Source: an uncultured Candidatus Saccharibacteria bacterium (lineage in GTDB: Bacteria > Patescibacteriota > Minisyncoccia > UBA6257 > GWB1-50-10). From it: a stretch of 64,000 nucleotides of DNA. Made by a program: the position numbers and the translations under genes. The notes beneath the pieces were generated by a model. It saw only the letters and a list, made by a program, of their open reading frames with translations. It was not told where the DNA came from and did not search any database. Numbering within the stretch: the stretch's first letter is position 1; each line of letters begins with the position of its first letter. The DNA is taken from NCBI GenBank assembly GCA_964489845.1, contig CAZAZV010000002.1:770-64769 (forward strand), read 5' to 3'. Positions 1-10,490 of this stretch are shown one piece after another.

Positions 1-748
1 CGCCTTTCATCGCTGCATGATATCAAGGCATCCACCGTTCACCCTTACGTTCTATTTGCTATAGAGAGCTTCTACCTCGAAAAAATGATTTTTCAAGTTC
101 AAAGAACGTTCTCATATTCGGTTCTCAAAGTTCGCTCGGTGCAATTCTCCACGACAGACCTCACACGATGCGGAATAAAAAACCGCCGGTACGGCGGGGG
201 TCATGGACAGCACTGCTAACGTGCCGGGTATCACGGCTTCCCGCCATGCGAGATATATTCGTGGAACTGCATGTATGGGAACATTATAGAGTACCCCCGA
301 GCGGCGTGTCAAATGAAGAGCCCCTCGACACGGTGTCGAGGGGCAATGCCGGAAAGAAAGGAGGAGCATGGCGAAAGTTCGCGCCACCGAGCGAGGGTCC
401 GCTCCCCTCTGGTGGCCTTGAGAATGAGACGAGAAACAAGGACTGTTCATGAGTGGAAGCTCTCCTTGTTATTTCGCCCGGTCAAGACCTGCGCGATGTC
501 CGGAGGTTACCGTGCTTCCGATGAAAGAGACCGCTGGGAAAGGCATAGCACCTTCATAGGCCTTCTTCTCCTTTGCCCGGCCGAAGTCGAGCCGATATGA
601 GGTTCTACGCGTAACGGTATCACAAATGAATCGGCGTGTCGATGGACGTCGTGTGCGTATTCTGTCTCGCGCTCGGGTTCGTTGTTCCCTCCGCCGGTGC
701 ACGCGCGCTGCGATATGGTGCGACGCAGGCGGGGTTCTTTTTTATTAC

Positions 749-1513
749 TTAGTCGATAGCAACGAGCACCTCGGGACCGTGCGACGTAATCGCAACGGTC
801 GTTTCGAAATGCGCGCTCACGTCGCCGTGTTCCGTCGCGTAGCTTCCGTCCGTGCGCGGAACGGCTCGCTCCGATACGAATGCGAACATCGGCTCGAGCG
901 CGAGCACCATGCCTTCCTGCAGTTTCAATCCCGTTCCCCGCTCGCCGAAGTTGTACACGTCGGGCGCTTCGTGCAGCTCGAAGCCGACGCCGTGACCGAC
1001 AAGATTGTGTATAACCTTCACCTGGGAGCGGAGTGCCGTCTGCTCCACTTCATGTCCGATATCCCCAAGCCGGTGTTTTGTGTCGCACACCCGGAGCGCA
1101 TTGCCGAGCGCCTCGCGCGTCGCCCGCATGAGGCGCTTGTTGTCTTCCGACACGGTGTCGACGCCGACCGTCACCGCCGCATCGGTCACGTACCCGCGAT
1201 AGGTTACTCCCATATCGAGAGACAAGATATCTCCGTCGCGCAAAACGGTCCCGTTCGGCAAACCGTGCACGACGATGTTATTGAGAGACGCGCAGATGCG
1301 CGCCGGATACGCCGGCAGGCTCGGCTCGGGCCGGTATCCCAGAAACGCGGCATCGGCCCCCTCGGCGCGAAGCAGCTCCCCGGCAAGCGCATCGAGTTCC
1401 GAAAGTTTCGTGCCAGCAGCCGCGCGCACTTTGAGTGCCGAAAGAATGCGCGAAAGGATTACCCCAGAGGCCCGAAGCCCCTCGATGTCCTCGCTCGTTT
1501 TGATGCGAATCAT
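749..1513 (-). CDS. map: Methionine aminopeptidase type I
   Basis: Motifs VVHGLP, GDILSLDMG, GHGVG..LHE, LEPM, SAHFETT; secY-adk-map synteny. Confidence 0.96.
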   Translation of the reverse strand: MIRIKTSEDIEGLRASGVILSRILSALKVRAAAGTKLSELDALAGELLRAEGADAAFLGYRPEPSLPAYPARICASLNNIVVHGLPNGTVLRDGDILSLDMGVTYRGYVTDAAVTVGVDTVSEDNKRLMRATREALGNALRVCDTKHRLGDIGHEVEQTALRSQVKVIHNLVGHGVGFELHEAPDVYNFGERGTGLKLQEGMVLALEPMFAFVSERAVPRTDGSYATEHGDVSAHFETTVAITSHGPEVLVAID

Positions 1514-2202
1514 GCAGTGAGATGAAGCGCCGCTTTCACGCGTTCGTGCACTTCGTAGGGATATCCGGTGCCATCAACTTCCGTGACCGAAACGCCGAAC
1601 GTCCGTATTTTTTCCACGAGCGGAAGAATCCCTTCCGCGTACACCTTGAGGCGCGCCCGAATCGTCTCCGGATTGTCGTCTTCCCGTTTCTTCCCCTCCC
1701 CGCCGCAGAAGTTGCACCGCGCTCCCTCGGATGCGTTCATCATCGGCAAGCCGCACACCGAGCAAATAAAGCGCGTGGAATTGCGCCGCAACGATTCCTC
1801 GGATGGGACGCGAAGCAGCACCATATGGATGTGTTCTTTCCCGTAGTATTCCGCGAGCGCCGGGAGCAGTCCCTGGTGCTCCGCATCGCCGAACGCTTCG
1901 AACCCGGCGCGCGGCGAACCGCTCAAAATAATGTCGAGTCCCGCCTGCGCGATGCGGAATACTTTGTCGCGCTCGATCGCGAGCACCCACTTCGGGTCGA
2001 CGAGTTTGCCCGCCGCGTATTCCTCGCGCTTCTCCTTGATGTCAGGCGTGAGCGCGATGTCGGGAGAGAAAAGAAGGTGTTCCAGATACCGTCCGGTATC
2101 GAAGTGAATGAAGTGAAATGCCCGCGCCAGGAGCTCCGCTTGCGTTCCCTTCCCTGCCCCGGGAGGACCGTAGAGGATGATGGCTTGACTAGATTCCTTC
2201 AT
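1510..2202 (-). CDS. adk: Adenylate kinase (Zn-lid type)
   Basis: P-loop GPPGAGKGTQA, CxxC..CxxC lid, REDD motif; follows secY. Confidence 0.92.
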   Translation of the reverse strand: MKESSQAIILYGPPGAGKGTQAELLARAFHFIHFDTGRYLEHLLFSPDIALTPDIKEKREEYAAGKLVDPKWVLAIERDKVFRIAQAGLDIILSGSPRAGFEAFGDAEHQGLLPALAEYYGKEHIHMVLLRVPSEESLRRNSTRFICSVCGLPMMNASEGARCNFCGGEGKKREDDNPETIRARLKVYAEGILPLVEKIRTFGVSVTEVDGTGYPYEVHERVKAALHLTA

Positions 2203-3454
2203 ATTCCCGTACCGAGAGCTGCGACTGCAGCTGCTTCATCACGTCTAGGGCGACGGCGACGACGATGAGCAGCGCCGCACCGCCGAGTGCGAAGGTCTGG
2301 ACGCCGGTCAAGACCTGCGTGACGTTCGGTAGTATCGCGACGAATCCGAGAAAAATCGCGCCGAAGAGCGTGATGCGGTGCACGACGCGCTGCAGGACAC
2401 CCGTCGTCTGCTCGCCCGGGCGGATGCCGGGGAGGAATCCCCCGCTCTGCCGCAAGTTTTTCGAAATCTCTTCCGGGTTGAACGTAATCGCGGTATAGAA
2501 GTATGTGAACATTCCCACGAGGATGAAGTAGATGCCGCTGTAGAGAACCTGATTGTTGAAAAGGTTCGTCACGAAGTTATTCGCCCGCGCCGCCAAGCTT
2601 CCCGAGAATACGCCGAGAACCTGCGCCAAAAATTGCGGGAAGAGGAGCAGTGAAATCGCGAAGATGATCGGGATCACGCCCGCTTGGTTGATTTTGAGCG
2701 GCAGATACGACGCGACGCCGCCGTAAAGCTTGTTGCCCCGCACCTGTTTCGCGTACGACACCGGTATTTTCCGCTCGCCTTCGTTCACGTGCGTCACCGA
2801 TGCGATGATGGCGATGGAGAGCACGATGTAGCCGATATACGTAGGGAGCATGCTCGGCGTGTACGAAGCGACGCTCGAAGTAACGGCTTCCGGCAGCCGC
2901 GCGACGATACCGGAGAAAATGATGATGGAAATGCCGTTCCCGATTTTATACTCGGAGATGATTTCCCCGATCCACACGAGGAGCATCGTACCCGCCGTGA
3001 TGATGGTGATATTCGCGAAAACCTGGAGGAACGAGAGCCGGGCGATGACTCCCTCAGACATAAGCAGATTCAGAAATCCATACCCCTGCATGAGCGCGAG
3101 GGGAACGGTGAGGTAGCGCGAGATGCGGTTGAACTTCGCCCGCCCTTCGGCGCCCTCTTCGTAGTACGCTTCCTTCAGCTTCGGGAAAATCATCATGAGA
3201 AGCTGCATGACGATAACCGCCGTGATGTACGGCCCGACGCCGAGCATCACGAGCGAGAGGCGGGACAACCCGCCGCCCGAGAATATGTTCAAAAATCCGA
3301 AGAGTTTGTTCGATGCGAAAAACTGCGCGAGCGCCTGTGCGTCGATGCCCGGTATCGGTATCGCCGCGAGCAGGCGGAACACGCCCAAGAGCGCGATGAC
3401 GGAAAGGACTTTCTTGCGGAGGTCGGGAATCTTGAAAACTTGTAGAATGTTCAT
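2189..3454 (-). CDS. secY: Preprotein translocase subunit SecY
   Basis: IPIPGID, LGVGPYITA, IGNGISIII, AGVIPIIFA, PGIRPG motifs; multiple TM segments. Confidence 0.98.
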   Translation of the reverse strand: MNILQVFKIPDLRKKVLSVIALLGVFRLLAAIPIPGIDAQALAQFFASNKLFGFLNIFSGGGLSRLSLVMLGVGPYITAVIVMQLLMMIFPKLKEAYYEEGAEGRAKFNRISRYLTVPLALMQGYGFLNLLMSEGVIARLSFLQVFANITIITAGTMLLVWIGEIISEYKIGNGISIIIFSGIVARLPEAVTSSVASYTPSMLPTYIGYIVLSIAIIASVTHVNEGERKIPVSYAKQVRGNKLYGGVASYLPLKINQAGVIPIIFAISLLLFPQFLAQVLGVFSGSLAARANNFVTNLFNNQVLYSGIYFILVGMFTYFYTAITFNPEEISKNLRQSGGFLPGIRPGEQTTGVLQRVVHRITLFGAIFLGFVAILPNVTQVLTGVQTFALGGAALLIVVAVALDVMKQLQSQLSVREYEGI

Positions 3455-3459
3455 GGCGC

Positions 3460-3867
3460 TTATGCAACCGCCCCTCCCGCGTGCTCGATGGCCGCTTTTG
3501 CCTGTTTCGAGACCGGTATGCGCTGCACGGTCAGCTTCTTTCCTATCGGTCCGTTTCCCAAAAGCTTCGGTTGCTCCCCTTTCCTGATTATACCGCGACG
3601 CGCGAGTTCGTCACGCGTCACGACACTCCCCGCCTCGAATGCATCGAGAAGCGAGACGTCCACAGCAACCGGCTTCCGGTTCAAAGGACGGAACGTGACG
3701 CCGCGAAGCTTCGGAAACGTTTTCACGTATTCCTCCTTCGCGTTGTACTTGTGCGTTCCCGCGCGCGCCCGCTGTCCTTTCACGCCACGACCCGAATACG
3801 TCCCGCGCTTCCCGCCTCTCCCGATGCGCTTCCTAGAGCGCCGGGGTATGTTTCTGAGTAATTCCAT
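3460..3867 (-). CDS. rplO: 50S ribosomal protein L15
   Basis: RIGRGGKRGTYSGRGVKGQRAR, KLLGNG; position. Confidence 0.95.
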   Translation of the reverse strand: MELLRNIPRRSRKRIGRGGKRGTYSGRGVKGQRARAGTHKYNAKEEYVKTFPKLRGVTFRPLNRKPVAVDVSLLDAFEAGSVVTRDELARRGIIRKGEQPKLLGNGPIGKKLTVQRIPVSKQAKAAIEHAGGAVA

Positions 3868-4339
3868 AGTGTTGCAACGCGCGAACCACCGCGCGCGCGA
3901 TGTTAAGTTTGTTCGACGTCGTACCCAAAAGCTTCGCCGAAACGTCCTTCACGCCGGCGAGTTCCAGAACCGCCCGCGCCGCGCCGCCGGCAACGAGGCC
4001 GTGTCCTTCCCGGCTGGGTTTGATTCTCACCCGCGCCGCGCCGTACTTCATGTCGATATCGTATGGAACCGTCCGGCCGTACTTCGGCTCGAAATGTATC
4101 AACTGTTTCTTCGCCGCCGTCCGCGCCTTGTCGATGGAACCGGCAACGTCCTTGCCGCGCCCGGTGCCGATACCGACCCGGCCCTTGCGGTCGCCGATGA
4201 CGATGCTCGCGCGGAACACGAACCGCTTGCCGCCGGCAACGACGCGCGTCACCCTCCGTATTTCGAGGACTACCTCGTCGAACTCGCGCGGTTCCCGCGG
4301 CGTTCGTTCTCCACGTTGTTCTCTTGGTCTTATCATCAT
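3833..4339 (-). CDS. rpsE: 30S ribosomal protein S5
   Basis: RVTRVVAGGKRF, GLVAGGAARAVLELAG. Confidence 0.97.
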   Translation of the reverse strand: MMIRPREQRGERTPREPREFDEVVLEIRRVTRVVAGGKRFVFRASIVIGDRKGRVGIGTGRGKDVAGSIDKARTAAKKQLIHFEPKYGRTVPYDIDMKYGAARVRIKPSREGHGLVAGGAARAVLELAGVKDVSAKLLGTTSNKLNIARAVVRALQHYGITQKHTPAL

Positions 4340-4359
4340 AATAATAAATGCTTTCCCCT

Positions 4360-4701
4360 CTAGAACTTGAGTCCTCCTTCCCGCGCCCCCTCGGCAACCC
4401 GCCGCACTCTTCCGTGATACCGGTACGGGCCCTTGTCGAAAGCGACCGTTTCCACATGCGCTTCCCGCGCCCGCTTCGCGAGCTCCTTGCCCATCTCGAA
4501 CGCGGCGTCCGTCTTGCGCGTCTTCTTTACCCCGCGCGTACTCGCGGAAGCGAGCGTGACGCCCTTCGCGTCATCGATAACCTGTCCGTATATATACCGG
4601 TTGCTGCGGAAAACCGACAAGCGGGGTCTCTGACTTCCCTTGATATGTGCGCGCGTCCGGCGCGCCCTTCGTATGGTGCGTGCGCTTTTCATAATCCTCA
4701 T
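4360..4701 (-). CDS. rplR: 50S ribosomal protein L18
   Basis: RPRLSVFRSNRYIYGQVIDD, YRYHGRV, GGLKF. Confidence 0.97.
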   Translation of the reverse strand: MRIMKSARTIRRARRTRAHIKGSQRPRLSVFRSNRYIYGQVIDDAKGVTLASASTRGVKKTRKTDAAFEMGKELAKRAREAHVETVAFDKGPYRYHGRVRRVAEGAREGGLKF

Positions 4702-5243
4702 CCAGCGCTGCTGGCTGCTTTCTTACCCGCTTTGCGGCGGACAACCTCGTCCGAATATCGGAATCCCTTTCCCTTGTATGGTTCGGCTTTCCTGAATTTC
4801 CGAATCTCGGCGGCAACTTGTCCTACAAGCTGGCGGTCGTGCCCTTTCACGCGAAGCGTGTTACCGTCTGTCACGAAAGTTATTCCCGCGGGCGCTTCGT
4901 ACACGACGGGGTGAGAAAAGCCAAGTGAGAGCGTGAGCGTGCTGCCCAAGAGCGCGACGCGGTACCCGACACCTTCCAGAATGAGCGTCTTCTCGTACCC
5001 TTCGGTCACGCCCCGCACCGCATTCGCGAACAAGCTCCGTACCGTCCCCCAATTCCGCCGCGTCTGCGCATCCTGCCGCTCCGCGGAGAAGCTCACCGCG
5101 CCATCCTGGAGTGCGTATGAAATGCCGGCGAGGAGCGGTACGCGAAGTTCCGTCTCGCCGCGAGACACCTTCAAGACGCCGTTCTCCGAAACGACATCCA
5201 CCCCTGCGGGGATAGTAACCGGTTGTTTCCCGATTCTGCTCAT
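4698..5243 (-). CDS. rplF: 50S ribosomal protein L6
   Basis: Start reassigned to MSRIGKQP; EPYKGKG and RRKAGK motifs. Confidence 0.97.
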   Translation of the reverse strand: MSRIGKQPVTIPAGVDVVSENGVLKVSRGETELRVPLLAGISYALQDGAVSFSAERQDAQTRRNWGTVRSLFANAVRGVTEGYEKTLILEGVGYRVALLGSTLTLSLGFSHPVVYEAPAGITFVTDGNTLRVKGHDRQLVGQVAAEIRKFRKAEPYKGKGFRYSDEVVRRKAGKKAASSAG

Positions 5244-5247
5244 GGCG

Positions 5248-5619
5248 TTACCATATCTTGAATAAGAGCTTTCCGCCGACGCCTTCTTTCCGCGCCGCTT
5301 CTCCGGAGAGCACGCCCTTCGTCGTCGAGACGACAAGGAGTCCCGTGCCTCCCTTGACCGGTTTCAAATCCCGCGCGCCCGCGTATCGCGCGACCGATGG
5401 CTTCGAGAGCGTCTGGAACCCGTACGGGTGCGGTCGTGTCGGGAGCGCGAGCTTCAAGAGCTTCTTCGGGCTTCTGCCGAGGACGGCGATTTTGCTCACG
5501 AACCCGCGACTCTGAAGCAGCGTCGCCACGGCGGCGTCGATTTTCGTATACGGCGCCCGCACCGTCCGCCTGCCCGCGGCTTGCGCGTTCTTGATCCTGT
5601 TCACCAAATCTATATACAT
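5248..5619 (-). CDS. rpsH: 30S ribosomal protein S8
   Basis: DLVNRIKNA, SKPS..Y, STTKGV, GVGG motifs. Confidence 0.96.
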   Translation of the reverse strand: MYIDLVNRIKNAQAAGRRTVRAPYTKIDAAVATLLQSRGFVSKIAVLGRSPKKLLKLALPTRPHPYGFQTLSKPSVARYAGARDLKPVKGGTGLLVVSTTKGVLSGEAARKEGVGGKLLFKIW

Positions 5620-5658
5620 ATCATATATGGTAATCCTTTTACGCGGAGAGAAACCTCG

Positions 5659-5844
5659 TCACCAGCTCGCCTTTTTCACGCCGGGTATCTCGCCGTTGCT
5701 CGCGAGTTCGCGGAAACAAATGCGGCACACGTTGAAATCCCGCATATATCCCCGCACTCTCCCGCAACGGAAACAGCGCCGCACGATGCGGACGCTATAC
5801 TTCGGTTCCCGCTTCGACTTGATGATTTTTGATGTCTTAGCCAT
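5659..5844 (-). CDS. rpsN: 30S ribosomal protein S14, short Zn-binding type
   Basis: [30 protein letters not shown], 61 aa; start reassigned. Confidence 0.97.
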   Translation of the reverse strand: MAKTSKIIKSKREPKYSVRIVRRCFRCGRVRGYMRDFNVCRICFRELASNGEIPGVKKASW

Positions 5845-6340
5845 TGTCTTGTTCTTTCTTCTCGAGCGGCACGCCGAACTCGCGGTAAACCCTGAGCATC
5901 TCGTCGCGGTTTTGCTTCCGCCCGACGATGGTGACCTGCAAACCAAAGTCGGTCGCCGCGTCTTCCATATTGATTTCCGGAAAAACGGACTGGTCTTGCA
6001 ATCCGATATTCAAGTTACCGTGCTCGTCAACGGCTGTCAAAGGCAATCCGCGAAAGTCCCGCACGCGGGGAAGGACTGCCCGCATGAGGCGCGTGAAGAA
6101 ATCCGCCATCCGTTTCCCCCGGAGCGTCACCTTCAGTCCCACGGTATCACCCTGGCGGGTCCGGAATTCCGAGATGGACTTTTTCGCGACGGTCTGCACC
6201 GGTCGCTGTCCGGTGATTGCGGCGAGCGCGAGGGAAAGGTACGGCACGAGTTTCTTCTCGAAGTCCGCTTGTTTCCGCAATCTGCCGACGCCGGTGGTCA
6301 CGACGATGCGGTCGACGTACGATGTGATGTTACCATTCAT
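5837..6340 (-). CDS. rplE: 50S ribosomal protein L5 (short N terminus)
   Basis: [30 protein letters not shown]; start inferred at MNGNIT. Confidence 0.94.
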   Translation of the reverse strand: MNGNITSYVDRIVVTTGVGRLRKQADFEKKLVPYLSLALAAITGQRPVQTVAKKSISEFRTRQGDTVGLKVTLRGKRMADFFTRLMRAVLPRVRDFRGLPLTAVDEHGNLNIGLQDQSVFPEINMEDAATDFGLQVTIVGRKQNRDEMLRVYREFGVPLEKKEQDNG

Positions 6341-6644
6341 GGTTGCAGTGCTTGCATACGCGGGTTCCGCCTTTTGCCGTTCGCTTGACGCCGACTCTCG
6401 TCGGCTTCCCGCACGAGGGGCACACAACGAGTACGTTCGAGAGCGCGAAGGGAGCCGATTTCTCGACGACTTCCCCTTTCTCGCCCTGCCGCTTCGGGCG
6501 GACGTGTCGCTTGTGCGTGTTGACGCCGTCGACGGTCACCGTGCCGCGCGCGACGGCGACGTGCACCACCTTCCCGGTTTTCCCCTTGTCCTTGCCGGCA
6601 ATGACTTTCACCGTATCTCCCTTTTGTATCTTCGCAACGCTCAT
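6330..6644 (-). CDS. rplX: 50S ribosomal protein L24
   Basis: KOW motif KGDTVKVIAGKDKGKTGKV; start inferred at MSVAK. Confidence 0.95.
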   Translation of the reverse strand: MSVAKIQKGDTVKVIAGKDKGKTGKVVHVAVARGTVTVDGVNTHKRHVRPKRQGEKGEVVEKSAPFALSNVLVVCPSCGKPTRVGVKRTAKGGTRVCKHCNHEW

Positions 6645-6654
6645 GGCAGTGTGA

Positions 6655-7020
6655 TTAAATAACATCCCCCGAGAGGGAAATGATTTCCGGATATCCCTTG
6701 TCTTTCAGCTCGCGCGGTATGGGTCCGAAGATGCGCGTGCCGCGCGGCTGTTTCTTCTCTATCAGGACGACCGCGTTCTCGTCGAACGAGACGTACGAGC
6801 CGTCGGCCCGCCGGAAGGGCTGCCGCTGGCGGACAATCACGCCGCGCACGATGTCTTTCTTCTTGATCGTCTTGCGCGGCTCCGCCACCTGCACGGAGCA
6901 TACAACGACGTCGCCGATGCGCGCATAGTGGCGCTTGGAGCCGCCGAGAATGCGGAAGCAGCGAACCTTTTTGGCTCCGCTGTTATCCGCGACGTTCAAT
7001 ATGGCTCGTTCCTGTATCAT
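6655..7020 (-). CDS. rplN: 50S ribosomal protein L14
   Basis: MIQ..LNVADNSGAK, PRGTRIFGPI. Confidence 0.98.
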   Translation of the reverse strand: MIQERAILNVADNSGAKKVRCFRILGGSKRHYARIGDVVVCSVQVAEPRKTIKKKDIVRGVIVRQRQPFRRADGSYVSFDENAVVLIEKKQPRGTRIFGPIPRELKDKGYPEIISLSGDVI

Positions 7021-7021
7021 A

Positions 7022-7255
7022 TTATTTCTCTGCCTTTCCGATGATATTCCATCGCTTGCCTTTCGACAGCGGACGGACCTCCTGGATTACAACTTCGTCC
7101 CCGACATGGTACGCGTTTTCCGCGTCGTGCGCCTTGAGGCGCGTCGTCTGCTTCAGGTATTTCTCGTAGCGGGGGTGTTTCACGAGGTTGACCACCGTGA
7201 CAACCCTCGTCTTGTCCATCTTATCCGATGTAATGATGCCTTTCAGGGTACGCAT
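7022..7255 (-). CDS. rpsQ: 30S ribosomal protein S17
   Basis: SDKMDKT, HPRYEK, RPLSKGKRW. Confidence 0.97.
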   Translation of the reverse strand: MRTLKGIITSDKMDKTRVVTVVNLVKHPRYEKYLKQTTRLKAHDAENAYHVGDEVVIQEVRPLSKGKRWNIIGKAEK

Positions 7256-7279
7256 AGAACGGGTTTTGGTTATTGGTTG

Positions 7280-7483
7280 TTAGTTTTTGGTTGTGGATTG
7301 CTTCAGAAGCGTCAAGAGTTGCGCGATGGTGCGCCTCGTCGCCTGGACTTCCTTCACATTGCTCACCTTGCCGAGCGATAAATCAAAGCGCAGGCTCTGC
7401 AGCTTTTCGCGCGCCTCGGCGAGGTGTTTCGTGAGCTCCGATTCGGGCAACGCTCGCGTTTTTTCGAATTCTTTCTTTTTCAT
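7280..7483 (-). CDS. rpmC: 50S ribosomal protein L29
   Basis: LRF..RRTIAQLLT; between rplP and rpsQ. Confidence 0.93.
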   Translation of the reverse strand: MKKKEFEKTRALPESELTKHLAEAREKLQSLRFDLSLGKVSNVKEVQATRRTIAQLLTLLKQSTTKN

Positions 7484-7484
7484 G

Positions 7485-7898
7485 TTATTTGCTTGCCACG
7501 ATTTTCGCTTTCACCGGCAGCTTGTGCGCCGCGCGACGCAATGCTTGGCGCGCCAGGGTATCTGCAATGCCGTCGACCTCGAAGAGGATGCGGCCCGGAT
7601 ATACCGGCACGACGTAATGCGAGATGCCGCCCTTGCCTTTTCCCATCTTTACTTCAGCCGGAAACTTTGTGACCGGCTTGTCGGGGAAAATCCGAATCCA
7701 CAGTTTTCCTTCCCGTTTCAAAAAGTGCGTGATCGCGCGACGCGCCGCTTCGATTTGCGCGGCGGTAATCCACGCCTGCGTGAGCGCCTGCAAACCGAAG
7801 CTCCCGAAGTCGACGTTCGTCCCCCGCGTGTCGCGCTTCCGGTTGAGCGAGCGCCCCTTCTGCGTCCTGCGATACTTTTGTTTCTTCGGCTGCAACAT
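7485..7898 (-). CDS. rplP: 50S ribosomal protein L16
   Basis: MLQPKKQKYR, IEAARRA, IRIFPDKP, MGKGKG. Confidence 0.98.
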   Translation of the reverse strand: MLQPKKQKYRRTQKGRSLNRKRDTRGTNVDFGSFGLQALTQAWITAAQIEAARRAITHFLKREGKLWIRIFPDKPVTKFPAEVKMGKGKGGISHYVVPVYPGRILFEVDGIADTLARQALRRAAHKLPVKAKIVASK

Positions 7899-7907
7899 GA
7901 AAATGCG

Positions 7908-8558
7908 TCACACTTTGTACAACCACACGTCGACGCCGATCGTGCCGTAGGTAGTGTAGGCAATGGCCCTCCCGAAGTCAATGTTCGCGCGGAGCGTTTG
8001 GAGCGGCATTTCGCCGAAACTCAACGATTCCGTGCGCGCAATTTCCGAGCCGTTCAATCGCCCCGATACGGTGAACTTCGCGCCCCGCACGGCCTTCACG
8101 ACCTGTACGAATTGCAGGTGCCGCTTCAGCACGGTGCGGAACGGGAGACGCTTCTCGAGGTCCTGGGCAATTTGCGCCGCGACGATATTCGCCGACACGT
8201 CGGTGCGTGGGATTTCCACGACGTCCAGGTGGAGCGAGAAGGTCATCGTGATGTGCCGCTCCTTCCGGAAGGTCTTCAGTTCGCGCACGACGAGTTTGTT
8301 CAAATCGTCGATGCCGCTCCCCCGCCGCCCGATGATAAGACCCGGCTTGTTCGTCTTGATGCTCACCCGGACATCCTCCCGCGTCCGCTCGATCTCAATA
8401 CCGGCGACGCTCGCCTTCGGCAGGTGCTTCATGATGATGCGCCGGAGGAGGCAGTCCTCCTCGAGGAAGAATTTCAATGACTTCTTGAAAAACCACCTGC
8501 TCGGCCAGGGTTGCGTGATGCCCAAACGTAATGATGTCGGTTTGATGCTTCTGCTCAT
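7908..8558 (-). CDS. rpsC: 30S ribosomal protein S3
   Basis: KH domain PGLIIGRRG, SGRLNGSEIAR, PLQTLRANID. Confidence 0.97.
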   Translation of the reverse strand: MSRSIKPTSLRLGITQPWPSRWFFKKSLKFFLEEDCLLRRIIMKHLPKASVAGIEIERTREDVRVSIKTNKPGLIIGRRGSGIDDLNKLVVRELKTFRKERHITMTFSLHLDVVEIPRTDVSANIVAAQIAQDLEKRLPFRTVLKRHLQFVQVVKAVRGAKFTVSGRLNGSEIARTESLSFGEMPLQTLRANIDFGRAIAYTTYGTIGVDVWLYKV

Positions 8559-8563
8559 GGTTT

Positions 8564-9088
8564 TTACACTGACTTGCGACGGAACATGCGTTTCAGACCG
8601 CCGCGCCCGCCCTTCACGTGCTCGGCGCCCGCTTTCGACACCGGTCCCTTCTTCGCCGTTTCTTTCTCAACTTTCTCTTGCTTCGCTTTCTTCTCCGGCG
8701 CAGCGACGCGGTACCGGGGAATACGGACGGTGTCGCGCTCTGCGAGCTCGATGGAAACGTGGCTCATGCCCTTTCGCAACACATTGGTGGTGCCACGGGC
8801 CCGATACTCGACTCGCTTCAGAACCGGTCCGTCGTCGACACTAATGTGCGAGATAAACAGGTTGTCCTGCCGCGTCTCGCCGTCACGCTTCGCATTATGC
8901 ATGGCGGAGCGCAGGAGTTTCAAGAGCGCCACACTCGCGCGCCGCGGACTCACGGCGAGCTGCGCTTCCGCTTCGAGCGCCGAAAGCCCGCGCACGGTGT
9001 CAGCGACGAGCCGGACTTTGCGCGGCGCGATGTGGAGGTACCGCAAGTGCGCCGTTGCCCGTATCTTTTGTGTTTCCGTCTGTGCCAT
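8564..9088 (-). CDS. rplV: 50S ribosomal protein L22 with basic C-terminal extension
   Basis: IAPRKVRLVAD, RARG, SHVSI. Confidence 0.96.
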   Translation of the reverse strand: MAQTETQKIRATAHLRYLHIAPRKVRLVADTVRGLSALEAEAQLAVSPRRASVALLKLLRSAMHNAKRDGETRQDNLFISHISVDDGPVLKRVEYRARGTTNVLRKGMSHVSIELAERDTVRIPRYRVAAPEKKAKQEKVEKETAKKGPVSKAGAEHVKGGRGGLKRMFRRKSV

Positions 9089-9097
9089 GGATATTTG

Positions 9098-9415
9098 TTA
9101 TGACGCCTTCGGAGCCGGTGCGGCCGCTGCTTCCTCGCCCGCCTTCGTCAACTCCTTCTGCATCTTGCCGCCGTGCCGGATAAACTTTCTCGTCGCGGCG
9201 AACTCCCCGAGCCGGTGGCCGATCATGTCTTCCGTCACGCGCACGGAAATGAAGTTCTTGCCGTTGTGCACTTCAAACTCGTATCCCACCATTTCCGGGG
9301 AAATCTCCGAACCCCTGGCCCACGTGCGAATCGGACCGTCATTCGGCTTGCGACGCTCCATTTTCTTCAAAAGCTTTGCGTCGACGTATGGTCCTTTCTT
9401 TAAACTTCTGCTCAT
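9098..9415 (-). CDS. rpsS: 30S ribosomal protein S19
   Basis: [26 protein letters not shown]. Confidence 0.98.
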   Translation of the reverse strand: MSRSLKKGPYVDAKLLKKMERRKPNDGPIRTWARGSEISPEMVGYEFEVHNGKNFISVRVTEDMIGHRLGEFAATRKFIRHGGKMQKELTKAGEEAAAAPAPKAS

Positions 9416-9435
9416 ACCCAGTATATCAACATGGT

Positions 9436-10209
9436 TTATTTCCTGCTTTTGCGCTTCGGCTTCCGCCGCACGACGATGAATTGATTCGACGATTTCTTCC
9501 TGTTGCGCGTCTTCCTGCCTCCCGTCACGTTGCCCCAGATATCCTTCGGCCGCTTCGTGCCGCGCGGGGCGCGTCCTTCGCCGCCACCGTACGGATGGTC
9601 GACGGGGTTCATCACCGAACCGCGCACGATGGGTCTCCTCCCCCGGTGCCGCATCCGGCCCGCGTTCTTCACGCGTTCCATATTGTGTCCGCGGTTGCCG
9701 ACGGCGCCGATGGTGGCAAAGTTCCCCCAGTGCACGCGACGAACTTCTCCCGAAGGAAGCTTCAAATGCGTAAATCCGTCTTCCTGCGCGAGGACCTGGA
9801 GCGACGTACCCGCCGCTCTCCCGAGAATCGCTCGCTCGCCGGGACGGAGCGTCACGTTGTAAACGAAACTGCCGACGGGAATCCGCTCTATGAGCGTGCT
9901 GTTTCCCGCGGTCAGGGGCGCGGTGTCTCCCGTCTGAACCTCATGGCCCGCCGCCATTTCGTCCGCCGCGAGCACATAGCGCCGCTCGCCGTCTTGGTAG
10001 AGTAGCCGTGCGATGCGGGCGGTCCGGTTCGGGTCGTACTCGATCGCCTCGACGCGCGCGGGAATGCCCCGCTTGCGGTATTCGAAATCGATGAGGCGGT
10101 AGAGCCGCTTCTCGCCTCCGCCGCGATGGCGCGTGGTAATCCGGCCCGCGTTGTTGCGCGCGCCCGCCCGCTTCCCCCCATATGTCAGATGTTTCAACGG
10201 CTTCGCCAT
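9436..10209 (-). CDS. rplB: 50S ribosomal protein L2
   Basis: [33 protein letters not shown]. Confidence 0.98.
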   Translation of the reverse strand: MAKPLKHLTYGGKRAGARNNAGRITTRHRGGGEKRLYRLIDFEYRKRGIPARVEAIEYDPNRTARIARLLYQDGERRYVLAADEMAAGHEVQTGDTAPLTAGNSTLIERIPVGSFVYNVTLRPGERAILGRAAGTSLQVLAQEDGFTHLKLPSGEVRRVHWGNFATIGAVGNRGHNMERVKNAGRMRHRGRRPIVRGSVMNPVDHPYGGGEGRAPRGTKRPKDIWGNVTGGRKTRNRKKSSNQFIVVRRKPKRKSRK

Positions 10210-10211
10210 AC

Positions 10212-10490
10212 TTATATATTGAATACCTCGATGGTCTCGCCCGGCTTGAGCTGCACAAGCGCCTTTTTCTCCGTTCGCAATCCTCCCGCCCTGCCCATGA
10301 GCCGCCCGACACGCCGCTTCGTATTCACGATGCGCACCGCGCGTACAGTCACGTGGTACTGCCGTTCCACCGCTTTCTTCACCTCCGGCTTCGTTGCGTC
10401 AGGATGCACGATGAATGAAAATACCTGGCTCGCCGCGCTCGCGCCACGGGATTTCTCGCTTACCAAAGGACGTTGCAACAGTTGTTTCAT
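10212..10490 (-). CDS. rplW: 50S ribosomal protein L23
   Basis: RPLVSEKS, ATKPEVKKAVE, KKA.V.L. Confidence 0.96.
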   Translation of the reverse strand: MKQLLQRPLVSEKSRGASAASQVFSFIVHPDATKPEVKKAVERQYHVTVRAVRIVNTKRRVGRLMGRAGGLRTEKKALVQLKPGETIEVFNI

